Positions 11,401-20,310 of a DNA stretch of 64,000 nucleotides are shown in pieces (the first letter of the stretch is position 1; every line of letters starts with the position of its first letter). This DNA is from a virus: positions 2,893 through 66,892 of IMG/VR virus record IMGVR_UViG_3300034101_005796. One strand, given 5' to 3'. Position numbers and translations under genes: made by a program. The notes beneath the pieces were generated by a model. That model worked only from the letters and a program-made list of their open reading frames with translations, ran no database searches and was not told the origin of the DNA.

Positions 11401-12062
11401 GCCATCTGCTGATTCGAGAGCTGTTGCTGCAGCCCCTCGACGGTAGAGGCCAATTCCTGCGCCGCACCTTTGGCTTTCGCTGTATCCGCCGCGAGGAGGC
11501 GCATGGCTTCACTGGCCGGAGCGCCCGATTGGGCCAGATCGGCGATCTTACGCGCCGTTTGATCCGAAATAGCTCCCATTTCCGCCAGCTGGTTGGCGGC
11601 CGTGGCCACCCCGTCCCCGCCGCTTTTCAACGCCCCCGCCAATCCGCCCATCGCCCCCGCCACGGCATCGACCGGCGCCCCCGTCGCCGCGGCGACATCC
11701 TGCACCTGCTGCAACGCCGCCGTGGAATTGAAGGCGCCCTTCGAAAGCGCTTGCAGGTTCAAAGCCGCCTTGCCCAAAGCCTCAAAGGCAAAGGGACTGC
11801 GCTGCGCCTCGGCGGTCAACTCGGCAACTTTCTTTCGGGCGGCGTCGGCGCTGCCTAGCAGTGTTTTGAAAAGGGCCGTCAGCCTATTGGCCTCACCCGA
11901 AGCCTGCAAGGCTGCCTGCATTTTCTCCGCATTGAGCGCCGCCCCCGCCATCGCCTTCACAAAAGCCGTCGCGCCGATCGTCAGGGCCGCCATCGGCCCC
12001 ACCGTGTCGTTCAACAGCTGCTTGATATTAAAGCCTCCTCGGGGTGGTGGATTTACCGCCAT
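8484..12062 (-). CDS. Tail tape measure protein
   Basis: 1192-aa Ala/Gln-rich helical protein with the tape-measure N-terminal motif (FKTLLGSADAARKKVAEL...SPF) and central hydrophobic segments. Confidence 0.9.
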   Translation of the reverse strand: MAVNPPPRGGFNIKQLLNDTVGPMAALTIGATAFVKAMAGAALNAEKMQAALQASGEANRLTALFKTLLGSADAARKKVAELTAEAQRSPFAFEALGKAALNLQALSKGAFNSTAALQQVQDVAAATGAPVDAVAGAMGGLAGALKSGGDGVATAANQLAEMGAISDQTARKIADLAQSGAPASEAMRLLAADTAKAKGAAQELASTVEGLQQQLSNQQMASDAKIGDMFKEANEAGGRAALGFQKFGAALQEAAAGPWAVMMSGVQGVKEALGNFLATVGQMGVVQGVFKALGTVAAAVLTILAVSLLGASKAIIGFIIQTRVAQAAMVGMMGTARAWAGLMTGLSGGLVLVASGLVMLATKAIQARQQVASLNRELQQSRAQTGQTAGSLASSAAAVQTPEDLDKAKSSAKEAVAAAQKNLADAKQRRDTARQDRDKYYGINPDGTRGMAAPDVTFGIEGQRREDVLAAAEQGVSDAESGLTQIQGFAQQILSINQAALALDAKRTQEARERAKLEREIAEDARLAAAQMGAGSKEALQVLKDDSAKKRQDAEKASQKIDTGRRAIAEVKTERPEFGASSSQKELDAAIAQKDEQLRALRGQKEEQSGSARSFGDVQSAIAAGGRGVTDQQIRQAEQERQDLINQRTQAGAAGQTDSLRAAFAALQEIERKAPTDDNDVTRTSAQIAQRQLLRDAETEATKVLANTAGPDEFIDSNQDGIRQANEEGGPSADQRTAAQALLNAVIELTNSIGGAEQTSGAAIQQLEFRRDEGLEKSNLPRAIQTDESNANLLQGQAVAEAEAEFSMQRLRNETMIAQLKKTGAQVAQEELQAQLKAAQALERAQKVAAAPVKEGNAAAFDEAQERVKNAEVRAEDYLEEKPNLTANEAQRDLEQAQKATADAAVDLNLKTEDPEVIQNELRPKVDKVLAGTATEDEQRIVEVALEMTGLEDVEALDAALIDLQSKANQEWRLQFRADALKELEEAREAAANVAPGNKEQAQQAQAAVRAAEVQLAAVGGGGRSADEIQAEQVAAQESQAKVVSDMNRQAQIQALRVQENFGTDRRGAKEAADALEDEALKEERAREIGKTVSNPNLSPEENAANAKSLAGFQVDMERAAKNIEETKQPRMSDLASVGGAAGFGGLVNDPSAEIKKLQEIAKQQKDFLQQMNNREQEMAQWARTQAGETLE

Positions 12063-12085
12063 AACTCACAAATGCAGTCAACAGA

Positions 12086-12895
12086 TCAGGTCGCCCCTTG
12101 CGTCACCATGCGTTCGATCACCTCTTCCCAATACCTCACCTGCGCATGCGCCAGTGCCTCCTTGGGACTTTTCTTCTCTTCCTCGGCGATTGTTAGAGCT
12201 TTGGCGGCAATCTTCTCGCCCCGCGCCTTGACCATCTGCTCCATTCGCAAGTCATCCATCGGCGTCCAAAGATTCACCTTGGCGCCATCGCATTTCGCCA
12301 TGGCCACATTCATCCACACCAACTCTCCGATCGGCATGTTCCAAGCTGTCGCCGGGGCATGGCCGTGGCGGCAGAACAGCGCCACTTGCTCCATGGCATC
12401 GTCCAAATCCCTGTCCGTGGCCCTCTCCCCGCTGAGGGTTTGGCACTCCCGATACTTGGCCGCGATGGCTTGTGCTTCCTCCCCCTCCAAAAAAGGCAAC
12501 AGCTGTTGGTAAGCCTCCCCCAATTTTTTATACGAGCTGCCGATCCCCTGCCAAGTTTTAGGCGGTGCGTTGTATTCCTTGATGTAGGCCACAAACTTCG
12601 TCATTTCCTTTTCCACGGAAAAGCGACTGAAGCGCAGCCACCATAGCCAATGCCACCACAAGGAATACTTTGGCTTGATCCGCGGCCGTTGTGGGTAGTC
12701 CGTGCAGCAAACCCTTGCCGCCAACCACACGTCCCACAAAGTGGCTCCCCCGAGCAGCACCCGAGAGTTCCACTGCTCCAGCTGCAGCTTATGCCAAAAC
12801 GTAAACGGCTTGAGCCGGTAGCCTAAAATGCGATGGCGACCGTCATGAAAGAGGCTTTCCGCCAGCCGCTCATCGACGATGAACCGAGCATCCAC
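12086..12895 (-). CDS. Putative tail assembly chaperone
   Basis: Directly upstream of TMP; AWNMPIGE motif typical of chaperone C-termini. Confidence 0.6.
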   Translation of the reverse strand: MDARFIVDERLAESLFHDGRHRILGYRLKPFTFWHKLQLEQWNSRVLLGGATLWDVWLAARVCCTDYPQRPRIKPKYSLWWHWLWWLRFSRFSVEKEMTKFVAYIKEYNAPPKTWQGIGSSYKKLGEAYQQLLPFLEGEEAQAIAAKYRECQTLSGERATDRDLDDAMEQVALFCRHGHAPATAWNMPIGELVWMNVAMAKCDGAKVNLWTPMDDLRMEQMVKARGEKIAAKALTIAEEEKKSPKEALAHAQVRYWEEVIERMVTQGAT

Positions 12896-12898
12896 GCA

Positions 12899-13225
12899 CT
12901 ATGCTGGCAAGCCCCGGCCTTCTGCCGAGAACCGGCTGAAATCTTCATTGCTGCGCTCAATAGTCACGCTGGTGACTTTGCCAGCCGCGCCCGCCACCGA
13001 AATTTCTCCCCCAAGTGCAGGACCTGCTGCGTCGGTGCTATACCCGCTCACGCTGAGTGCAATACTTTCCTTACCCATCAGCACGGCCACGACATTCCCT
13101 TCTGAATCCTTGGCGCGAGACAATGTGCCGAAAGATCGTTCGGCGGAAGCCGACGTGGGATGTGAAATTCCTCCACAAGTTGCGTTAACACCAGTCGTTG
13201 AAGCTCCAAGTTGCATTATAGCCAT
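12899..13225 (-). CDS. Putative small tail tube protein
   Basis: 108-aa beta-rich Ser/Thr/Gly protein with AGGAGG SD, in the tail-tube position. Confidence 0.55.
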   Translation of the reverse strand: MAIMQLGASTTGVNATCGGISHPTSASAERSFGTLSRAKDSEGNVVAVLMGKESIALSVSGYSTDAAGPALGGEISVAGAAGKVTSVTIERSNEDFSRFSAEGRGLPA

Positions 13226-13240
13226 AATTTTACCTCCTGA

Positions 13241-13519
13241 TTAAAATTCAAAGTCGATTGATTCGGTGGTTGTTTTTGTAGCGTCTTCGTTAGACATCTC
13301 TACCCGAGAGCGAATGGTGCTGGCATTCAAAGCTGACAGACCGCTCCCTAAGGTCGTGGTCGCCGTCGTCGTTTCAGCGCCGGAATAGATTACGTCCACC
13401 AAACTGCCGCCCTCCCCCACCACTTCAACTTCTGAGGAATACCTCTTGTTGATGGTTTCCCTTATCCCTTGATCCAGAAAATCTAGAGTTGCGCCGCGGC
13501 GAATCAGTGCTTGTGCCAT
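13241..13519 (-). CDS. Small tail-tube-like protein
   Basis: Start reassigned to ATG 13519 (MAQALIRRG) with TTGACA 15 bp upstream; ends ...SNED..., like 12899-13225. Confidence 0.55.
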   Translation of the reverse strand: MAQALIRRGATLDFLDQGIRETINKRYSSEVEVVGEGGSLVDVIYSGAETTTATTTLGSGLSALNASTIRSRVEMSNEDATKTTTESIDFEF

Positions 13520-13536
13520 AATGCTTAGACGCCGTG

Positions 13537-13977
13537 TCAACCCATCGCCTTGCGAAAATACAACGCCTCCTTGCCACCCCATCGCTCCGCCGGACTATAC
13601 AGCTTGAAGCCCGCCCGGATCAGGCTGTTCGCACTGGCCAGATTTGCCGCCACCACATACGTCACCACCTCCTTCAGTCCCAGCCGCCGCGCCATTCGCA
13701 CCCGCGCATGAACCAGCCGCCGCTGACGCCCCTGCCCACGGTGCCCCGCCACCACCCCCGCACGCGACAAATACCCCAGCCCCCGATTGTAATCCGCGCC
13801 GCACACTTTGAGGCCCGCAAAGGCCACCGGCTTGCCCTTCTCCTCATCAATCCACCAATACGCCCCCTCCGGTTTCACCCGCCAATCCCCCGGAAAACAT
13901 TGTGCATCCAGCTCCACAATCAGATCATGCACCCAAGCGGCGCACTCCTCCGGCGTTGCTACCAATCGCAGGCCCAT
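13537..13977 (-). CDS. GNAT family N-acetyltransferase
   Basis: Acetyl-CoA motif A (V..HRGQGRQRRL) and motif B (N..S..L.RAGF). Confidence 0.85.
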   Translation of the reverse strand: MGLRLVATPEECAAWVHDLIVELDAQCFPGDWRVKPEGAYWWIDEEKGKPVAFAGLKVCGADYNRGLGYLSRAGVVAGHRGQGRQRRLVHARVRMARRLGLKEVVTYVVAANLASANSLIRAGFKLYSPAERWGGKEALYFRKAMG

Positions 13978-13992
13978 GCGGGCCGCGTCCTG

Positions 13993-14415
13993 TCAAGCCA
14001 GCCGGATGTCCTTCTTGCGAAACGCCGACATGCTGCACTCCTTCCGCCCCGTCGTCTCCCAATCAATCACCATCCGGTCGCTCTTCACCGACACGATCTT
14101 GCCCTTGGTCCCCCGCTTGCGCGACACCACCGGCATCCCCGCTTTAGGCTCCATCGCCTTTGGCGCCACCTTCGGCGCGTTCGCTGCCATCTGGCTCACC
14201 TTCCGGTAGCCCGTGCGGCGAACAAAGCGGCCATCTTCCCACACCTTGAAATCCCGGAACTCGATGGTTCCCGCCTTGATGCCAGGATTGAGCACCTCGC
14301 GCACCCGCTCCGGCGAGCATTCCACCTGCTCCGCAATCTCGTCTCGTGTGCTCCAACCCTTCGGCCAGGCATAAGCCGAAACATTCATCCGGTTTACTTC
14401 GGCTTTCCAGTTCAT
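13993..14415 (-). CDS. Hypothetical protein with winged-HTH-like N-terminus
   Basis: TRDEIAEQVECSPERVREVL helix pattern; coupled to the phosphoesterase gene. Confidence 0.6.
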   Translation of the reverse strand: MNWKAEVNRMNVSAYAWPKGWSTRDEIAEQVECSPERVREVLNPGIKAGTIEFRDFKVWEDGRFVRRTGYRKVSQMAANAPKVAPKAMEPKAGMPVVSRKRGTKGKIVSVKSDRMVIDWETTGRKECSMSAFRKKDIRLA

Positions 14416-15416
14416 GCTAAAACAATCGGCGCTGTGATCGTGCGACCTCTCTTCGAGTCGAAGAGAAAATATGTCTGCTGCGGCGGCTCATAGGAGGCCT
14501 TGATGCTGATCGCGTAAGCATTGTAGCCGATCAGCGAGCCATTGCTCACCCACTTCGGATTCTGCTGTTGCGTGTGCCAGTGCCCGAAACAATCCAGATC
14601 CGCCACGCGTGCTTTGTTCCAAGAAGCAATCGCCTTCTCCGTCGGGATCGTCAGCCCGCCGATCCCGCCCTGATACTTCAGTCCGTCCCCATGGTGAAAC
14701 CGCAACGTCTTGCCAAACAGCTCCACGTAATTGAAATACGAATCCGCCACCTGCCACTCCACCCCTTCCTGCATCCGCTGCGACATCACCTTGTAAAGCA
14801 ACCACTCGTAGCTGTTACGAAACCCCGTGGCATGCCTCGGCTTCTTCGTCGTCCGCCCGTGGTTGCCGTAGCAACACGGGATCAGAACCCGCGCGAAATT
14901 TTGCCGCAAAGAGGCAATCCCCCGCGACACCCGCTCCATTACCCACAAAATCGTCTCCGTCGGACTCAGCGCATTTGTCTCCGCCAGTTCCTCGTGGATA
15001 TACCCGCTCATCAAATCGCCGCCTAAAAACAGCACGCACGTGTCGATCTCCGCACCGTTGCGCTCGATCTCCGTCAGCCGCACCACACTGTTGAAAAACT
15101 TCTCGATCCGGGCCTCCGCCACGCGCAGGTCGAAATGATTCAGCCCATTGGTCGAATCCGCCGTCACTTGCTCTTCCACGTGCCAATCACTCGCCAAAGC
15201 CACCGCCACCGCCTCGCACTTCGCCGTCTTCTTCACCGCCAACGGCTTCTGCGAAGGCTTCGCCGCATTCAACGCATCGACCACCCCCAGCTGCTCCTCT
15301 AATTCCTTGATCCGCTCCAGCCCGGCCGTAATCTGCCGCTTGTAATCCGACACCACACTGCGATGCGCGTGCTCCGCGCTCTCCCGCGCAATCGCTCCCC
15401 AGTTATCTTTGGGCAT
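14412..15416 (-). CDS. Calcineurin-like metallophosphoesterase
   Basis: Motifs SDWH, GGD, GNHGR, HHGD, GHWH; N-terminal coiled coil. Confidence 0.88.
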   Translation of the reverse strand: MPKDNWGAIARESAEHAHRSVVSDYKRQITAGLERIKELEEQLGVVDALNAAKPSQKPLAVKKTAKCEAVAVALASDWHVEEQVTADSTNGLNHFDLRVAEARIEKFFNSVVRLTEIERNGAEIDTCVLFLGGDLMSGYIHEELAETNALSPTETILWVMERVSRGIASLRQNFARVLIPCCYGNHGRTTKKPRHATGFRNSYEWLLYKVMSQRMQEGVEWQVADSYFNYVELFGKTLRFHHGDGLKYQGGIGGLTIPTEKAIASWNKARVADLDCFGHWHTQQQNPKWVSNGSLIGYNAYAISIKASYEPPQQTYFLFDSKRGRTITAPIVLA

Positions 15417-15510
15417 GACACCCTTACAGTGTCAACCCCCACGCCCCCGTGGTATAAAGAAGTGCCCCAATCGGCGGGGGTGCAGATGAAACAGCCTCTT
15501 TTGGCAAACA

Positions 15511-15933
15511 TTAAATACGCTCTACGCCGAAAGAAATCCGCAGCACATCGCCCTGCGAGCGATCTTTGCGCACGGTGCTCGTTCCCCGCATGACCATAAA
15601 GCTCGGCCACGCCGTCATTTCCGCCGATCCAGCCTCCCTCATGTCCTCAATCGCATCCGCCGTCCCGAAATAAAGCCCGATCTGGCGGATTCTCTCCTTG
15701 CTCGCCTCCACTTCCCCCGCATCATCCAGCTGGGCCACACTCACCACGTCCACCTCGACGAAACCCGCATAGGCATTCGGCAAAATAAACCGCTCCTCCT
15801 CGGCCCGCACCACCACAAAAGATCCCGGTCGATCTGCCGTCGTCCGCCCCGCCAGCACCGGCACCCCCAACTCCGGCTCCAAGGGCTTCAAGGCCCCCAC
15901 CACCATGGCCTCGATGTCGTAGCGCGCGCTCAT
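15511..15933 (-). CDS. Putative tail terminator/neck protein
   Basis: ~140-aa ORF (MSARYDIE...) in head-tail connector position. Confidence 0.55.
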   Translation of the reverse strand: MSARYDIEAMVVGALKPLEPELGVPVLAGRTTADRPGSFVVVRAEEERFILPNAYAGFVEVDVVSVAQLDDAGEVEASKERIRQIGLYFGTADAIEDMREAGSAEMTAWPSFMVMRGTSTVRKDRSQGDVLRISFGVERI

Positions 15934-15934
15934 G

Positions 15935-16306
15935 TTACCAATCCCCGCTGCTGTCATTCCTCGACGCCAGATTCAGCGTCACCGTCGCCCCTTGCCACGT
16001 CACACTCGCGATCCGGTAAGTCACTTCCTTCCACTTCACCAACCACCCGTCCTTGACTTCCGGACTGCCAAAGCCCAGCCCGATCGCACCCTCCTGCAAC
16101 GGCGCCGCCTCGCACTCCAGGACAAAGTTCACTTCCTCCACACGCCCGCCGGGCCGGTATTCCCCGCTTAGATCGCGCGGCATCTCGATCGCCCGCGCCT
16201 CACGCCACATTTCCTCCGCGCCCGCCTTCCACACCCGCGCCTTGGCCGTGCTCAGCATTTGAAAAGCCGCCTCATCCGCCGCCGCCATCGCCTCGTCGAA
16301 CAACAT
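15935..16306 (-). CDS. Putative head-tail joining protein
   Basis: First gene after capsid; beta-rich C-terminus (YRIASV...TLNL), FII-like. Confidence 0.6.
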   Translation of the reverse strand: MLFDEAMAAADEAAFQMLSTAKARVWKAGAEEMWREARAIEMPRDLSGEYRPGGRVEEVNFVLECEAAPLQEGAIGLGFGSPEVKDGWLVKWKEVTYRIASVTWQGATVTLNLASRNDSSGDW

Positions 16307-16330
16307 ACCGCCACCCCGCCGTCAACCCCA

Positions 16331-16368
16331 CAAACAGAAACCCCCGGCAACTCGCGCTGCCGGGGGTT
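16331..16368 (-). terminator. Intrinsic terminator after major capsid gene
   Basis: CCCCCGGCA/TGCCGGGGG stem followed on the minus strand by TTTCTGTTTG. Confidence 0.75.
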
Positions 16369-16390
16369 CGTTGCAGGATGGTGAAACTTC

Positions 16391-17371
16391 TTAGGCCGTG
16401 TAGCCCGTCTTGATCAAAGTGCCTGCGCACTCGTTGACCACATGCTCGTCGTTGTGCTGGCGAACGCGAACCACGTTGGAACGGCGGTTCTCGTCGCGAT
16501 AGCTCTCGACGACATATTGGAACTCAGCGTCTTCCTGCCAGTAGAAGATACGGCCGGCACCGCCCATCTCGGGAGCGCCTTGCATGACGCAGCCCACCCA
16601 AATATAATCATCGCCCCAGATATAGGACAACTTGTTGTCGGTGACCGACTGACCCTTGCTGGCTGTCGACTCGACCGCCTCGGCAATCATCAGATTCTGG
16701 ATCGGAGCGCTGTCTTGGAAGATGTCCAGGAACACGCCCTTGGTGATGATCTTGCCGCCGCTGTCGCCGCCGAAGACATACTCACGGAGCTTCTGGCTGC
16801 GACGAACGCGCTTCCAGATGTTGCGGGAAAGGATGATCGTGTTGACCATCTCGCCACGCTTGTGAGTCCTCGCGATTGCTTCCTCGATGTCACGGGCCAC
16901 ATCCAGAGTGGCGATGTTCGCCTCGGTGTAAGCCACCGCGGCATCCGCCTTGCCCCAGATCGACTCGTTCATCACTTTGGAAGCCACACGCTTCTCTTGC
17001 GCGCGGAGGATGTTGGAAAGAACGAGGCGCGTCGAAACGCTTTCCGCGTCGAAGAAACGCCCCAGATCCGCCTGATCGCTGTCATCGACCACTTCGGTCA
17101 AACCGCGATCTTGGCAGGCAAACGAAGCCTTCTCATAGCTACGATCGACTTCTTTGTAAGCCGTGCGCGGTGCGCGCAGGGTGATGTCGCTGCTGGTCGA
17201 AGCCAACAGTTGGCCACTGCCCTTGAGGATCTTGCGATACTCGCCGGTTTTGGTTCCCACGCCGAACGGCGTGAACACCTTGTCGGCGATGAAGAATTTT
17301 TCGGCCTCCAAAGCCTCTTGCACAACGACCTGAAGCTCAGGCCGGATTTCTGCGTCTGTGTTGCGATACAT
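16391..17371 (-). CDS. Major capsid protein (HK97 fold, lambda-E-like group)
   Basis: 326 aa, strong SD, follows protease/scaffold and decoration gene, ends with terminator; C-terminal ESYRDE...VRVR motif. Confidence 0.85.
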   Translation of the reverse strand: MYRNTDAEIRPELQVVVQEALEAEKFFIADKVFTPFGVGTKTGEYRKILKGSGQLLASTSSDITLRAPRTAYKEVDRSYEKASFACQDRGLTEVVDDSDQADLGRFFDAESVSTRLVLSNILRAQEKRVASKVMNESIWGKADAAVAYTEANIATLDVARDIEEAIARTHKRGEMVNTIILSRNIWKRVRRSQKLREYVFGGDSGGKIITKGVFLDIFQDSAPIQNLMIAEAVESTASKGQSVTDNKLSYIWGDDYIWVGCVMQGAPEMGGAGRIFYWQEDAEFQYVVESYRDENRRSNVVRVRQHNDEHVVNECAGTLIKTGYTA

Positions 17372-17392
17372 AATTTTATCCTCCTTCGATGA

Positions 17393-17749
17393 TTAGAGCG
17401 GGTAGACCTCGATGATCTCGCCGTCGGCCACAGCCGATCCCAGGGCGATGCCGAAGTTGCTTCCGGCGCCGTCGGTTGTGACCTTGCCGTTTGCCGCACG
17501 CTTGACGATGGCTCCCGGAGTCACCGCGCCGCCCGCGGTCACTTCAAAGCTGCCGCCGCCGTTGGTCAGATTGACCTTCACGACTTCCGTGCCGTTTTTC
17601 GTTTTGTAGTCGGTCACCCCGATTTCGATGTCGGAGGCACCGGCCACTTCCAGTTTGCGGTCGCTGTTGAGTTTGACGCGGATGTTACCCGCGACCCCAG
17701 ACGAGCTTGCCGCCACAAAGCTGTCTGCACTGTCATTGATGGTTGCCAT
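17393..17749 (-). CDS. Capsid decoration/cement protein (DUF2190-like)
   Basis: 118 aa, Gly/Ala-rich, ends GIAL.SA.ADGEIIEV; lies between scaffold and capsid genes. Confidence 0.8.
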   Translation of the reverse strand: MATINDSADSFVAASSSGVAGNIRVKLNSDRKLEVAGASDIEIGVTDYKTKNGTEVVKVNLTNGGGSFEVTAGGAVTPGAIVKRAANGKVTTDGAGSNFGIALGSAVADGEIIEVYPL

Positions 17750-17769
17750 AATCTTTTTCCTCCTTGGGT

Positions 17770-19056
17770 TTAGGCGTCGGCCAGTTTGACGATCCCGCGA
17801 TGAGCGTTGTGCTCCGCATAAGCGCGCGGGTTATCCTTCATCGTGAAGCGGATCGCGTTCGCGCGGGCCGTCGTCTTGGTTTGTCCCTTTCCCTCCAGTT
17901 CGGTCGCTTTGGCCGAAACCAGACGGTCAAATTCCGTCACCTTCTCGTCGCCTTCCGGCGCGTTGAACATCCGCACGCTCTCCGTTCCCGGAGTCGCCGC
18001 CTTGATCCCCTGCAGGCGAATCGTGCGCTGCAAAGCATCATTCTGCGCCGTCAGCGCGGTCATCTTCTGTTCGAGAACGTCGAACGCCGTCAGGATCTCC
18101 GCCTTCTCGGCATCTTCCGCCTTCGCGCTCAGAGCGCTTTCGAGTTCCACCACGCGCTTGCGCAGTTCGCTGAAAGAAGCACCTTCACCAACCGAAGCAC
18201 CGGCCGGAACCGCAGCAGCCTCACCGGCTTCGCCCGCACCTTCCGCTTCGCCTTCGGCCCCTTCACCGGCTTCGGCTTCGACGGCGGCATTGTAAGCCTC
18301 GATGGCTGCGTTGACCTCGTCGCGGCTGATGCCTTGATCGGCCAATTCTGCATCGCTCATCGAAGCCAGCTCTTGCAGCTCCTCGGCGGTGATCGGAGTG
18401 TTGGCCTCGATCAATGCGTCGATCTCGGCTTGACGGTTGGAGACGTCCGTGACGGTCGCCTTGAGTTCATTCAGCGCGGCGAGCACATCGGCAATCGTCG
18501 GCTCCTGCTGGTTCTGCTGGTTCTTATCCATAGAATTTTCCTCGTGCGGTGTGTCAACCACTCGCTTGTCCTCAAAAAGCCCCTGCGGGTTCGCTGCGGG
18601 CATTGCCACGCAGTCGACGGCTAGGAGTTCTTCGCACCGCGCCGCTTTCTTCCCGCCTTTCACTTTCTCGCCCTGCGGAGGACCGGCGAACGCCGCCGAT
18701 AGCCCGAAGCAATCCGGCATACGCTCCGCTCTCTCCATCAACTTGTCGTATTCCTCGTGCGACTTTAAGAGGTGCCAATCCGCCACCACCTTGTCGCCCT
18801 CCCTTCTAAAACCCTCCAAGTATCCGCAAATGCTCTGCAACGCCTGCGGATCCTTGTGATTGAGCTTTACCTGCACCCTACCCTTGGCATTGCCACAGGT
18901 CACAATCTGCTCGAGCGTCTTGTCATCCACCTCCAGGTCATGACCGCGCGCCGTCACCCCGCCCGTGATCACCGCCGCGCCGCGAATGATGCCTGCCTCA
19001 CGATCCACCCGCCCCGAAAGGCCGCGCGTGGCAAAAGAAAAAACCGAGTTGTTCAT
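17770..19056 (-). CDS. Prohead protease-scaffold fusion
   Basis: N-terminal protease-like region (KLNH, FGLSAAF, AVDCVAMPAANPQGLF) and acidic coiled-coil C-terminus; start ATG 19056. Confidence 0.8.
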   Translation of the reverse strand: MNNSVFSFATRGLSGRVDREAGIIRGAAVITGGVTARGHDLEVDDKTLEQIVTCGNAKGRVQVKLNHKDPQALQSICGYLEGFRREGDKVVADWHLLKSHEEYDKLMERAERMPDCFGLSAAFAGPPQGEKVKGGKKAARCEELLAVDCVAMPAANPQGLFEDKRVVDTPHEENSMDKNQQNQQEPTIADVLAALNELKATVTDVSNRQAEIDALIEANTPITAEELQELASMSDAELADQGISRDEVNAAIEAYNAAVEAEAGEGAEGEAEGAGEAGEAAAVPAGASVGEGASFSELRKRVVELESALSAKAEDAEKAEILTAFDVLEQKMTALTAQNDALQRTIRLQGIKAATPGTESVRMFNAPEGDEKVTEFDRLVSAKATELEGKGQTKTTARANAIRFTMKDNPRAYAEHNAHRGIVKLADA

Positions 19057-19133
19057 ACAACTCGGCACCGCTTGTCAAAGGCGCGCGGGCTGGGCGCGTC
19101 CTTTGAAATCTCCAATCTGAAATCTTAAATCCC

Positions 19134-19451
19134 TCAGGGCTTGCGCTCTTCCAAGCGCAACCGCTCCTCATGATCCGACACCGTATGCGTCATCGCCTGC
19201 ACCGCCGCATCCATCTTCGCTGCCCACCACACCGTTGCGGCCAACTGAATGACCACCGCCACAAGGATCGAATTGAACGTCGCCTTGAGAAACCTCGTCG
19301 TCTGATCCCGCTCCCTCAAAGTGACACGGATCTCGTGCGTCTCCCGTTGGAGATGATCCAAAGTCTCAGAGATCCGCGACAGCGCCGTGCTGTGGCGCTC
19401 CAGTTCCTTGTCGTGGTGATCAATCCGGTGTCCGTGGTCATCGCTGCTCAT
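19134..19451 (-). CDS. Coiled-coil protein with one transmembrane helix
   Basis: 105 aa: coiled coil, hydrophobic ILVAVVIQLAATVWW, then coiled coil. Confidence 0.65.
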   Translation of the reverse strand: MSSDDHGHRIDHHDKELERHSTALSRISETLDHLQRETHEIRVTLRERDQTTRFLKATFNSILVAVVIQLAATVWWAAKMDAAVQAMTHTVSDHEERLRLEERKP

Positions 19452-19458
19452 GGTAAAA

Positions 19459-19761
19459 CTACATCAAAGGCTGCTGATCGTTACGTCCCATCATCGCCTT
19501 CATCCGCTGCACCAGACTGCGGCGGCGCATGATTTTTTCCTGCTCCACATTCCCATAAGCCGCCGCCATCGAATTCGGATCGGCCCCCCCCGTCTCATTG
19601 GCCATATACTGCCCCATATCATTCCGCGGCCGCGCATCGGCAAACGCGATCATGCCGGGACGCAGCGCGGACAGACTGCAAGTGCAGCTGCCCGCGCTGT
19701 AAGGCTTCTTGCCGGGAACCGGCCTACAGCCTTTCCAGCAACGCTTTTTGCCCCGCTTCAT
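19459..19761 (-). CDS. Small basic putative head-internal protein
   Basis: CWKGCRPVPGKKPYSAGSC motif and RPRNDMGQY motif, both recurrent in phage head-associated hypothetical proteins. Confidence 0.65.
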   Translation of the reverse strand: MKRGKKRCWKGCRPVPGKKPYSAGSCTCSLSALRPGMIAFADARPRNDMGQYMANETGGADPNSMAAAYGNVEQEKIMRRRSLVQRMKAMMGRNDQQPLM

Positions 19762-20288
19762 TAGCCAATGCGTCCACCAGTGGCCACGCGAGCGCCCACA
19801 CGCAGAGCGCGGCGGAGGCGGGTAAACACGTTGGTTGTGTTGCCCACTTCAGCAGCACCAGCACGAAAGGCCTGCTTGCCCGCCTGCAATCCCTGCTGGC
19901 CTTTGCTCATCGCAGTGTTCTTGGCATCCGTGAATGCCTGCCCGTAAGCAGCGCGGCGGCTGACACCCGTCTGCAGCGATCCCGGAGCGACATTAGCCGG
20001 AGCGGCCGAGCGAGTGCTGATAGACCGAGGACTACCCGGTTCCATGCTTCCGAGTGGCAGCAAATTGCGCTGGCCATAGCGACCCATGATCGCTTGGTCC
20101 GCGCGGAAAGCTCCGTAACCCGCGCCGCCCACCGCGGCACCAGCGGCCCCGACTTTCAAACCGGTGCCCAGAGCGGAGCCCTCGTCGTCTTGGTAATAGC
20201 GCCCATCCGGTCCCCGATAGGTGGCAAAGAGTTTCGCGTCGAGTTTAGCTTCCAGAGCTACCAGCTTGCTTTTGATCATGTCGTTCAT
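19761..20288 (-). CDS. Gly/Ala-rich putative head-internal protein
   Basis: 175 aa with a glycine-zipper-like segment; linker LEAKLDAKLFA resembles the junctions of the large upstream ORF. Confidence 0.65.
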   Translation of the reverse strand: MNDMIKSKLVALEAKLDAKLFATYRGPDGRYYQDDEGSALGTGLKVGAAGAAVGGAGYGAFRADQAIMGRYGQRNLLPLGSMEPGSPRSISTRSAAPANVAPGSLQTGVSRRAAYGQAFTDAKNTAMSKGQQGLQAGKQAFRAGAAEVGNTTNVFTRLRRALRVGARVATGGRIG

Positions 20289-20310
20289 AAGTCTTTCAGA
20301 AATGTTTTAG

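Noticed and set aside
12086-12895. Programmed frameshift tail chaperone pair
   Set aside because: A single continuous ORF fills the interval; no second overlapping frame is needed.
16442-18624. Long plus-strand ORFs (316 aa, 286 aa)
   Set aside because: Antisense shadows of the capsid and protease genes with no recognisable motifs.
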